From: an uncultured Acidimicrobiales bacterium
GTDB lineage: Bacteria; Actinomycetota; Acidimicrobiia; Acidimicrobiales; SZUA-35
Direction of reading: 5' to 3'
Length of the DNA stretch: 64,000 nt
Assembly (NCBI GenBank): GCA_937922785.1
Contig: CALAJQ010000016.1
Location: 158,003 to 222,002 of the forward strand
The notes beneath the pieces are model-generated. The model was not told the origin of the DNA. It did no database searches and saw nothing but the letters and a program-made list of their open reading frames with translations. Position 1 is the stretch's first letter. Every line of letters starts with the position of its first letter. The translations under genes were made by a program, and so were the position numbers. Positions 1 to 7,782 of the stretch are shown here, piece after piece.

Positions 1-882
1 TGGACCAGCCCCACCGACCGCAACAATGGCCCCGTCTGGCATCGCGGCCACGTGATCTGCGATTAACGAATGCCCAATTCCTGACGCAGTAATGACAAAG
101 TCAGCGCTAGTGACAGCTTCGATAATTGTTGCCACATTCAGTCCGTCGTGATGGGCGGCGAGTGCCTCAACCGGGTCAATCTCGGTGACGGTGACCCGCG
201 CTCCGAGACCCCGGGCCGCAGCAGCGATACCGCGCCCAACTTTGCCGTAGCCAACCACGACAACCGACTTGCCTTGCATCTGAAGGTTAGTTGAATCGAG
301 GATCGCCATCACGACCGATTGCCCAGTGCCATAGACGTTGTCAAACATCAACTTGGTTCGGGCGTCGTTAACGGCAACGCATGGAACTTCAAGCTGGCCT
401 GCCGCAGCCATGTTTCGCAAGGGGCGCACGCCGCTGGTTGTTTCCTCCGCCACGCCGTCTAGTGATTCAAGTGCGTCGCGCCGGCCTGTGTGAATTCGCC
501 GGACGTTAAAGGCACCGTCGTCAATAAGTAGCTCTGGTTTGTGATCGATGAATAGCTCGCGAAGCTCGGCCGAACGCTCGGGCGTGCTGCCAGCTTCGGC
601 AAACACCTTTACGCCGCTATCGGCAAGAGCGTTGGCAACAGCAGGCTTGGTGGAGTTGGACGAGCCCAGAACCGCTACTTCGGCTCCCAGCGAAGCGATG
701 GCCTCAACCAGACAAGCGGTCTTAGGTTCCAGAGTTAGTGCTACTCCAACTCGTTTGCCTTGAAGAGTTCCGCCTTGGGCAACCTTGGCTTTTGCTGCTT
801 GCAGTGCGGGCATGAAGTCAGCAGCGAAGTCGATCATGTCTCGACCAACTGCCGGGTCGGCGTGGTGGGCATCAGAGCTCAT
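1..882 (-). CDS. adenosylhomocysteinase-like protein, divergent paralog (partial; C-terminus runs off window start)
   Basis: Absent from the ORF track because it is open at the window edge. Manual reverse translation from ATG 882..880 gives MSSDAHHADPAVGRDMIDF...GKRVGVALTLEPKTA...LIDDGAFN...AEETTSG...TKLMFDNVYGTGQS...VVVVGYGKVGRGIA...TEIDPVEALAAHHDG...AIVAVGGAGP. AHCY fold and NAD motifs are present. The positions of two catalytic His are substituted (TLE for HLE; VGGAGP for NAGHHD). ATGA overlap with the upstream gene stop (879..882). Confidence 0.75.
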   Translation of the reverse strand, partial: MSSDAHHADPAVGRDMIDFAADFMPALQAAKAKVAQGGTLQGKRVGVALTLEPKTACLVEAIASLGAEVAVLGSSNSTKPAVANALADSGVKVFAEAGSTPERSAELRELFIDHKPELLIDDGAFNVRRIHTGRRDALESLDGVAEETTSGVRPLRNMAAAGQLEVPCVAVNDARTKLMFDNVYGTGQSVVMAILDSTNLQMQGKSVVVVGYGKVGRGIAAAARGLGARVTVTEIDPVEALAAHHDGLNVATIIEAVTSADFVITASGIGHSLIADHVAAMPDGAIVAVGGAGP

Positions 883-2165
883 TCGTTGCCCCAAGATTGG
901 TAGGTGTCAGCATCGAGAATTTCGCTGAGTGTGTCAGTTTGATCTTCATCAAGGTGATCAAGGGTTATGCCCCGTGAGGCCAGCTTCGCTGTGGCGATGG
1001 CCTTGTCCAACTCCAGCGGGAACTGATGAATACCCGGGCTGAGGTCGTTGCTGGCTAGATAGTGACAACCGAGGGCCTGAACTGAGAATGAAAGATCCAT
1101 GATCTCTACCGGGTGGCCAAGACCGCCAGCAATATTCACGAGGGCGCCTTCTGACAGCACGTACACGGGCTTCGAACCAAGTCGGTAGCGGGTGACTCCA
1201 GGGCGAACTTCGTCAACCGAGTCGGCCTGCCCAATAAGAGCGGGCACATCCACCTCGTGGTCGTGGTGCCCGGCGTTGGCTAGAACCACGTGGGGTTTCA
1301 GTGCGTCGAAATGTCTTGATGTGATTGCCCTGATCCCGCCGGTCGCGGTGATGGCGATGTCTGCGGTGGAAAGCGCCGTGGTCATGTCGGCCACTTCGTG
1401 TCCATCACTATGGGCTTCAAGTGCGCGGATCGGATCCACCTCGACCGCAGTGACTCGGGCCCCAAGGGCGTGGGCGTACGCAGCAATGCCCCGACCTACC
1501 CAGCCGTAGCCAACAACGACAAACCGCTTGCCCGCCATTCGCAGGTTGGTCAAGGCCAACACGGCCTGCACAGTTGATTGACCGGTACCGAAACGATTGT
1601 CAAACATGTGCTTTAAGGCTGCATCGTTAGCGGCAACGACTGGCATCGGCAGGCGGCCAAGACGTTCTAACTCTCTAAGTCTGACCACTCCGGTAGTGGT
1701 CTCTTCCGAGACCCCTTTCAGTTGTGCATAGAGCTTTGGTTTGTCACGGGCCATACGAATTGTCAGCTCGCCGCCGTCGTCGATCACATAGTCAGGGCTG
1801 GTGTCACCGACCCGGCTTAAGTCGGCTTCCCACATCTCGTTTGTTGAGCCTCGAGTTGAATGAACTTCGATGCCGCGCTCTACCAGAGCCGCTGCAACGT
1901 TGTCTCGGGTAGACCAGGGGTTCGAGCCAGCGGCTACGACGTGCGCACCGGCGTCGGCTAGCACCGTGGCCAAGAACGCGGTCTTAGCTTCCAAGTGCAC
2001 CACTACGGCAACCCGTTTACCTCTCAGCGAACCGTCGTTTACCTTCTTGCGCACGAATCCATCCAGTACCGGCGAATTCCGCCGAGCCCATTCGATGGCT
2101 TGGTGGCCTGATGGGGCCTGTGATGGATCCTTGATTCGGGACCTGCTGGCGACGGTCTCGCTCAC
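879..2165 (-). CDS. ahcY: adenosylhomocysteinase (archaeal-type, short form)
   Basis: ORF 879..2282. Motifs VHLEAKTA, SNPWSTRD, DDGGEL, SEETTTG, KHMFDNRFGTGQS, VVGYGWVGRG, EVDPIRALEA, NAGHHDHE, GHPVEIMD. Start placed at GTG 2165 (GTGA overlap with the ABC ATPase stop). The conserved IEWARRNSPVL begins about 20 aa later. The Arg-rich 39-aa extension of the track ORF overlaps the upstream gene. Confidence 0.85.
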   Translation of the reverse strand: MSETVASRSRIKDPSQAPSGHQAIEWARRNSPVLDGFVRKKVNDGSLRGKRVAVVVHLEAKTAFLATVLADAGAHVVAAGSNPWSTRDNVAAALVERGIEVHSTRGSTNEMWEADLSRVGDTSPDYVIDDGGELTIRMARDKPKLYAQLKGVSEETTTGVVRLRELERLGRLPMPVVAANDAALKHMFDNRFGTGQSTVQAVLALTNLRMAGKRFVVVGYGWVGRGIAAYAHALGARVTAVEVDPIRALEAHSDGHEVADMTTALSTADIAITATGGIRAITSRHFDALKPHVVLANAGHHDHEVDVPALIGQADSVDEVRPGVTRYRLGSKPVYVLSEGALVNIAGGLGHPVEIMDLSFSVQALGCHYLASNDLSPGIHQFPLELDKAIATAKLASRGITLDHLDEDQTDTLSEILDADTYQSWGNE

Positions 2166-2911
2166 AGTCGACCGGCCTCGATGATGCGCTGGAGGAACTG
2201 TTGAGTTCTTGGTTCTTTGGGGTCGCTGAAAAGTTCGGCGGGCGGAGCTTCTTCTACGATCCTTCCCTCGTCTAGAAAGCAAACCCGATCTGCCACTTCT
2301 TTGGCAAAGCCCATTTCGTGGGTGACGATCATCATGGTCATCCCGCTTGCCTTTAAGTCGCTGATTACCTTCAACACCCCGCCAATGAGCTCTGGGTCCA
2401 GTGCAGCGGTAACTTCATCCAACAGAAGCACGTCAGGGTTGGTGGCCATAGCCCTAACAATCGCAACTCGTTGTTGTTGACCACCCGAGAGGCGATCTGG
2501 ATAGGCGTCAGCGAACTCGTCCATCTCCAACAGTTCCAGAAGTTCGCGGGCTCGTGATTCGGCCACTGCCCTGTCAGTCTTGTGGACTTTTCGCGGAGCC
2601 AGCGTGACGTTGTCCAGCACCGTCATTGTGGGGAACAAGTTGTAGGACTGGAAGACGATTCCGACCCGGCGGCGAAGCTCTGCTTCGGGCATTTCCTCGC
2701 TGGCAATGTCGACTCCGTCAAGAAGTATCTGTCCGTGGTCATATTCGACCAGTCGACCGGCACACCGCAGCATCGTTGACTTTCCTGAACCGGACGCGCC
2801 AATTAGGCAGACAACCTCGTGTTCGGCAATATCTAGGTCGATTGAGTGAAGCACTAACGTCTGGCCGTAATACTTGGTGAGTGACTTAACTTGCAGTCTG
2901 GGAACGGTCAT
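2162..2911 (-). CDS. polar amino acid ABC transporter, ATP-binding protein
   Basis: Walker A GASGSGKST, ABC signature LSGGQQQR, Walker B LLLDEVT. About 250 aa, typical of the GlnQ/HisP class. 4-nt overlap with the permease stop. Confidence 0.92.
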   Translation of the reverse strand: MTVPRLQVKSLTKYYGQTLVLHSIDLDIAEHEVVCLIGASGSGKSTMLRCAGRLVEYDHGQILLDGVDIASEEMPEAELRRRVGIVFQSYNLFPTMTVLDNVTLAPRKVHKTDRAVAESRARELLELLEMDEFADAYPDRLSGGQQQRVAIVRAMATNPDVLLLDEVTAALDPELIGGVLKVISDLKASGMTMMIVTHEMGFAKEVADRVCFLDEGRIVEEAPPAELFSDPKEPRTQQFLQRIIEAGRL

Positions 2912-3759
2912 CGGGTCTGCTGCAATCTTCTTTCAGCGTCGCGGGCCGAGTACCAGTCGGTGAAGCGGGCAAGGGGAATGCTGGCAATCAGGAACAAGAT
3001 GGCGGCCACCATGAAAGACGAATAGTTGAACGTCCGGTCTTTGATGATTTGCGCTTCCCGAACTGCGTCACGAATGCCGATAACACTAAGAAGCGCAACG
3101 TCTTTCTGAAGCGAGACGGCGCCGTTTAGAAGCGCTGGCATTACGTTGCGGATCGCCTGTGGGATTACCGCGTATCGCAGAGTCTGAAACTGGTTGAGAC
3201 CTAGTGCCTTTGCGGCGGCGCGTTGACCGTCGTGCACCGAGGTCATGCCGGCGCGATAGACCTCGGCGGTGTAGGCCGAGTAGCTGATCACAAGGGCAAC
3301 GGTTCCCCAGAACAGCGCACTCTTAGGGAACCCTGGAAGCTGAAGCGCAGGAAGGCCGAAGCCCAAAAGTAACACCAGCAACAGGCCAGGCACTCCTCGG
3401 AAGATGTCAATAAACAGAACCGAGAAGAACCGCAGAGGAGCGAAGATCGGGCCCGTCAAAGAGCGCATCACGGCGAAGGCCAGCGAAACCGCAAGGATGA
3501 CGATTTCCGCTATTACCCAGATCCGCATATTTAGCCAGAAGCCGCTTCGGACCTTGGGGAACGAGTCCTTCATGACTTGCCAGTTAAAGAACTGGCGTTG
3601 GACCGCTGGCCATTGCTCACTTGAGCGGACTAACAGCACAACCGCAGCAACGACCACGCCGGTACTGATCGCACTGATCAGTACCGGCCTTAGTCGTTCA
3701 CTTGTGCTTGGTTTCAGCGGCGCCGGAGGGGGCGGAGCGTCATGATCTTGTACTGCCAC
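2908..3759 (-). CDS. amino acid ABC transporter permease (His/Glu/Gln/Arg/opine family)
   Basis: Multi-TM protein with an EAA-type loop AAKALGLNQFQTLRYAVIPQAIRNVMPAL. Lies between the SBP and ATPase genes. Confidence 0.88.
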   Translation of the reverse strand: MAVQDHDAPPPPAPLKPSTSERLRPVLISAISTGVVVAAVVLLVRSSEQWPAVQRQFFNWQVMKDSFPKVRSGFWLNMRIWVIAEIVILAVSLAFAVMRSLTGPIFAPLRFFSVLFIDIFRGVPGLLLVLLLGFGLPALQLPGFPKSALFWGTVALVISYSAYTAEVYRAGMTSVHDGQRAAAKALGLNQFQTLRYAVIPQAIRNVMPALLNGAVSLQKDVALLSVIGIRDAVREAQIIKDRTFNYSSFMVAAILFLIASIPLARFTDWYSARDAERRLQQTR

Positions 3760-3802
3760 TCGCTTATGTTCTCCGACTGCTCGGTTAGTTACTTAGTGAT
3801 GG

Positions 3803-4687
3803 CTACTTGCTAATGCTTGGAATTGATTCGCCCTGTAGCCATTCCTGGCCGAGAGCATCAAGCGTGCCAGCGTCGCTGAGCGCCGCTAGTCCGACGTTTA
3901 CACAATCACGAAGCGGGTTGCCTTCAGTGAACAGAAGCGCCATGCCATCTGAACCAACGCCGGTTGAAGGTAGAACGCCGGCGATCACGCCACCGTCGAG
4001 CTCAACAGCTGACAGGAAATACGCAGTTGGAAGACCAACAACTGTTGAGTCGATCTGGCCGGCAACCATTGCTGCAACTACGTCGGACTGGGTGTCGAAT
4101 ACGGCTACGTCTTCGATTCCTAGTTCGTTCTCGATGTAGTCAAGGTCGGTTGTGCCAATGGTTGCTCCCCAAGTGCCGCCTTGAAGGTCGGCAAAGGTGG
4201 TTGCGCCGTCGGTCGGTGAACCTTCGAAGGTAAGCACTGACTTCTGCACGTTGTAGTACGGGTCAGAGAAGTCAACTACCTCGTCCCGTTCTGGAAGTGG
4301 TGAGTACTGCTGCATGTTGAAGTCGTACTCTTTGTCTCCAGGCGCAATGGCAACGTCAAAGTCGGTACGGGTCCAAACAACGTCGGCCTCGGCAAAACCC
4401 ATTTCTGCAGCTAGTGCGTAAGCAACAGCGCTTTCGAAGCCTTGTCCGTTGGTTGGGTCATCGTCGATCATCCATGGCGGGAAGACGGGTTCGCCGGTAG
4501 CGATGGTTAGCTTGCCGTCGGTGAACAGGTTCAGGTTCTCAACTGCACAGTCGAGCTCACCAGAACCCTCGTCGCCACCTTCGGCAGCGGTCGTTTCCGT
4601 CGAGTCTTCGGAGTCACCCCCGCACGCAGCGGCCACCAGAGTGAATGCAAATAGTAGGGACAGCAGTTTCGCAAAGCGGGTTTTCAT
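3803..4687 (-). CDS. amino acid ABC transporter substrate-binding lipoprotein (family 3 SBP)
   Basis: Signal peptide plus lipobox LVAAAC followed by a low-complexity linker. SBP-3-like core (GKLTIATGEPVFPPW...). GGAGGG Shine-Dalgarno 6 nt upstream of the ATG. Confidence 0.85.
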   Translation of the reverse strand: MKTRFAKLLSLLFAFTLVAAACGGDSEDSTETTAAEGGDEGSGELDCAVENLNLFTDGKLTIATGEPVFPPWMIDDDPTNGQGFESAVAYALAAEMGFAEADVVWTRTDFDVAIAPGDKEYDFNMQQYSPLPERDEVVDFSDPYYNVQKSVLTFEGSPTDGATTFADLQGGTWGATIGTTDLDYIENELGIEDVAVFDTQSDVVAAMVAGQIDSTVVGLPTAYFLSAVELDGGVIAGVLPSTGVGSDGMALLFTEGNPLRDCVNVGLAALSDAGTLDALGQEWLQGESIPSISK

Positions 4688-4786
4688 AGGACCCTCCGGG
4701 GTCAGCGGGGTTAAGATTTCTTTCTACCACAGCGCAGTTTGACTCATCTAAATCATTTTCGGTTAGAGGTCACGTTCTTGTCCGGG

Positions 4787-5578
4787 TCAGGTACCTGGTC
4801 TCGCTACCAGCGCTTCTTGGTAGGTGTGAATGTCCTGGTAGCCGAGTTGTGTATAGATACGGCGGGCGGCTGAGTTCGACGACATCACATTCAAGCCGAT
4901 TGTCTTAATGCCCCGTTCGATAAGCGCCCGGCTGACAGCTGCGGTTGTGGCCGTAGCGAGTCCTTGGCCTCTGTAGTCGTTGCGAGTTAGGACACCGCCA
5001 ACCGCAGCGACGCCGAACTCATCGTCGCAGACGTGTACCCCCGCCATCGCTACCAGCCGTTCGCCTTCGAAAACTCCCACGTATGGACCCACGTCAAGCA
5101 GAGCTGGCGAAAAGAACGCGCTTTCCACGGGATCGGCCTGGTGGAGGTCTCCGATTGCCGCTAGGTCATCCTGATTAAGTGGTCGAGTTGAGTGTGGCGA
5201 AGCTTGGGTTTGGAGTGCGTTGGGGTTGGCCAGGATCATCTTTGTGTGCGGGCCCAAGTCTGATTCGACTGTTCTGCCGTTGGCCGCCAGCACATCGGCA
5301 AACCCCGAAACACCAGTTGCGAAGTAACGGTCAGGGAGTTCGGTGTCAACATCGGCCCAAAGCGAGAAGGCCTCGTCGGGGTTGCCGGTGTTGATGCCAT
5401 AGACAGTTATGTCGGCGGGGTCGTCCGATAAACCTATTTCGCCAATGGCCACGCCGTTTCTGACCCACCATCGTGATCGGTTCCAGAACGCGTCAGCAAG
5501 GTCGCCTAACCCATAGAAGTGAACCTCGCGGTCAGCTTCAAGCAGCTCTCGCACTTGTGACTTGGTCGCTGGCTTCAT
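4787..5578 (-). CDS. GNAT family N-acetyltransferase
   Basis: C-terminal acetyl-CoA binding motif RGQGLATATTAAVSRALIERG, then a YTQLGY-type terminal strand. Confidence 0.75.
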   Translation of the reverse strand: MKPATKSQVRELLEADREVHFYGLGDLADAFWNRSRWWVRNGVAIGEIGLSDDPADITVYGINTGNPDEAFSLWADVDTELPDRYFATGVSGFADVLAANGRTVESDLGPHTKMILANPNALQTQASPHSTRPLNQDDLAAIGDLHQADPVESAFFSPALLDVGPYVGVFEGERLVAMAGVHVCDDEFGVAAVGGVLTRNDYRGQGLATATTAAVSRALIERGIKTIGLNVMSSNSAARRIYTQLGYQDIHTYQEALVARPGT

Positions 5579-5623
5579 CAGCCGACTTTAACGCCGGAGC
5601 TGCTGGTCGCTAGGATCGCCAGC

Positions 5624-6535
5624 ATGCAATTCTCCGTATGGCCATCACCAGCCCGCCCAACCGCTGAGACTCTTGATCTTGCTCGCAAGGCAGACGCCCT
5701 TGGCTACTACGGCTTCTGGTTTGCCGATCACTACATGCCAGATACCAGCAGTGAAGAGGTCAAGTCTGGCGATGTGCACGAGGTCTGGTCGGTTCTGCCT
5801 GCAGTAGCGGCTGTAACGGATTCGATACGAGTGGGGCCGTTGGTCTCTCCAACTTCGGTTCATCATCCGGCAGTTCTAGCCAACCGAGCGGCAACCCTTG
5901 ACCACATCTCGAATGGGCGCATGGTTCTTGGGTTGGGCGCGGGCTGGCAGATCAATGAGCACAAGGCCTATGGCATCGAGCTGGAGCCAGCCAAGCGTCG
6001 AGTTGATCGTTTCGAAGAAGCGATTCAAATCGTTCGATCCTTGCTCGATGAGGAGCGAACAACATTCGACGGTGAGATCTACCAATTGAATGGCGCACCT
6101 TCTGACCCCAGTCCGGTGCAGGCCAAGCTGCCAATTCTTGTAGGAACCAGCGGTCCACGGATGTGTGGCATTACGGCCCGCCACGCTCAGGAGTGGAACA
6201 CGTGGGGCGCTCCAGATCTGGCTGCAGACAACTTGAAGACTTTCACGGCGGCATGCGAGAAGACGGGAGTCGATCCTGGGTCCATTCAGAAGTCGGTGCA
6301 GTCTTTGTTCGTGCTCAGCGACGATCAGGAAAAGATCGACAAGGCCATGAGCGGACCGATGGCGACTCGAACAATCGCTGGATCGAACGATCAGGTCGTC
6401 GAGGCGCTAGGGCAGTACGCAGAGTTGGGGTTCGAAGAAGTGATCGTTCCCGACTTCACCCTCGGCAAAACCGCCGATCAAAGGTTCGAGGCGTACGAAA
6501 AGTTCAAAGCCGAAATCGCCCCCCAGTTCTCCTAA
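5624..6535 (+). CDS. LLM-class (luciferase-like) oxidoreductase, possibly F420-dependent
   Basis: 303 aa with typical LLM pattern: FADHYM, GRMVLGLGAGW, ILVGTSGPRM, and a C-terminal region matching the F420-type LLM architecture. Confidence 0.8.
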   Translation: MQFSVWPSPARPTAETLDLARKADALGYYGFWFADHYMPDTSSEEVKSGDVHEVWSVLPAVAAVTDSIRVGPLVSPTSVHHPAVLANRAATLDHISNGRMVLGLGAGWQINEHKAYGIELEPAKRRVDRFEEAIQIVRSLLDEERTTFDGEIYQLNGAPSDPSPVQAKLPILVGTSGPRMCGITARHAQEWNTWGAPDLAADNLKTFTAACEKTGVDPGSIQKSVQSLFVLSDDQEKIDKAMSGPMATRTIAGSNDQVVEALGQYAELGFEEVIVPDFTLGKTADQRFEAYEKFKAEIAPQFS

Positions 6536-6603
6536 AAATCGATTCTGGCGGTGCCCGGGCCCGTAAACGGGTGTGGGTACAGCCGGTTCGGGTAAACAAG
6601 CGA

Positions 6604-6650
6604 GTTATCCACAGATTTTGTGACCTAGCTACTTTTGAGACTTGACCCCC
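6604..6650 (+). repeat. 47-bp dispersed element, copy A (GTTATCCACAG..CCTAG..TTTTGAGACTTGACCCCC)
   Basis: gttatccacagattttgtgacctagctacttttgagacttgaccccc. Matches copies at 19455, 62421 and 55099 (reverse). The last C is the first base (plus strand) of the selD stop codon. Confidence 0.9.
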
Positions 6651-7693
6651 TAAGAGAGCTTGATGGCTCCATTGCCTGTGGTGGTGGTGCCGACTTGAGC
6701 TGCGGTGTGGCCGGAATCGGCTAGTTGGGACAGGACGTCTTCGGCCTGGCCAGGGTCTACTCCAAAGATTAGGCCGCCTGAAGTTTGGGCGTCGGCGAAC
6801 AGCAGCACTGTTGTGTCGTCGTGAGATCCTTGGTCGATGCGATCTTCCATCCAGCTCAGATTGCGTCTTGTGCCGCCCGGAATCATGCCTGCCGCAGCGA
6901 GGTCTTTGGCGCCGGGTAAGAACGGCATTGCTTCAACGTCGAGGGTGACGTTCACGCCCGATTCCAGCGCCATGCGGCCTAGGTGACCAAGTAAGCCAAA
7001 GCCCGTCACGTCGGTGCAGCCAGTTGCTCCTGCCGCCACGGCGATGGCCGAAGCCTTGTCGTTCAGCTTGGTCATCGACTCAATCGCAGCCGCGGCAACC
7101 TCGGCAGAAGCTTTGTCATTCTTGATGGCGGTAGTTATTACGCCGACGCCTAGAGGCTTTGTGATAATCAGCGTTTGCTCTGGCTTAAGGCCAGCGTTGG
7201 TAAGCATCTTGTCGGGGTGAACTTCGCCCACAACACACATGCCGTACTTGGGCTCTGGGTCATCAATCGTATGACCACCGACTACCAGGAAACCGCCGGC
7301 TTCAGCAACATCGGACCCGCCGGCCATTACTTCGCTTAGCAATTCGGTGGACAACTCGTCTACGTTCCAACCCACGAGGTTCAGGGCGATCAGAGGCTTG
7401 GCGCCCATGGCGTAGATGTCAGAAACACTGTTCGCAGCGGCAACTCGGCCCCATGCTCTAGCGTCATCAACCACAGGAGTGATGAAGTCTGCGGTTAGAA
7501 CCAGGGCGCGGTCATCAGACATCTTGTAGACAGCGGCATCATCACCGGTCTCGGTGCCAACAAGAAGGTTTGTGTCCGGGCTTGGGCTTAGGCGACGCAC
7601 CACGTGCGCCAACTCACTAGGAGCGAGTTTGCAGCCTCAACCGGCACCATGACTGAACTGAGTTAGACGAGCTGGATTGGGGGTGTTCGCCAT
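6650..7693 (-). CDS. selD: selenide, water dikinase (selenophosphate synthetase), selenocysteine-containing
   Basis: Track ORF 6650..7612 matches SelD (GDDAAVY..., VSDIYAMGAKP, GGHTIDD). Extending upstream in frame gives MANTPNPARLTQFSHGAG-TGA-GCKLAPSELAHVV. This is the conserved SelD N-terminal loop, with TGA (7639..7637) at the Cys/Sec catalytic position. ATG at 7693..7691. Confidence 0.88.
7594..7633 (-). promoter_or_regulatory. candidate bacterial SECIS hairpin(s) just 3' of the selD UGA
   Basis: mRNA UGAGGCUGCAAACUCGCUCCUAGUGAGUUGGCGCACGUGGUGCGUCGCC. Hairpin 1 is AACUC/GAGUU with a 9-nt loop, plus a lower GC/GC extension starting 4 nt after the UGA. Hairpin 2 is an overlapping 7-bp stem GCGCAC..GUGCGU with loop GUG. 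Confidence 0.45.
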
Positions 7694-7782
7694 GTGTTGA
7701 CGCTACCTGGCTCTCGGTCGAAGGCGGACGCACCCGGGGGCCGTGGAACCGATTTGTTCCGGTCACCGGCCACAATGGCAAA

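Noticed and set aside
1192-2184. Plus-strand ORFs of 62 to 105 aa (1192..1509, 1724..1912, 1870..2184), and the many similar antisense ORFs throughout the track
   Set aside because: They lie entirely inside, and antisense to or out of frame with, long ORFs that have clear family motifs. Their compositions (Arg/Ser/Pro/Thr-rich) are typical shadow ORFs of GC-rich DNA. The same reasoning applies to nearly all ORFs under 130 aa nested in larger genes across the window.
2166-2282. 39-aa N-terminal extension of the AHCY ORF (MLSRRGKDRRRSSARR...)
   Set aside because: It overlaps the 3' end of the ABC ATPase gene by about 120 nt, is Arg-rich low complexity, and precedes the conserved AHCY N-terminus. 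GTG 2165 gives a classic GTGA stop/start overlap.
4688-4786. Possible SAH/SAM riboswitch in the leader of the ABC-AHCY operon
   Set aside because: The 99-nt leader shows no recognisable SAH-riboswitch core or convincing nested helices by eye. Only a covariance-model scan could settle it, so no feature is claimed.
6163-6645. 160-aa plus-strand ORF overlapping the end of the LLM gene and running into element copy A
   Set aside because: It is an Arg/Gly-rich frame-shifted shadow of the LLM oxidoreductase with no recognisable domain. The LLM frame has the family motifs.
6604-6650. The 47-bp element as a conserved peptide-coding module (the reverse frame reads GGQVSK(L/V)xR(L/S)xxLWI(T/I) in all four copies)
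   Set aside because: Fifteen codons without a stop in one of three frames is expected by chance. Only copy C lies in a long ORF in that frame. In A, B and D that frame is antisense to, or out of frame with, the real genes.
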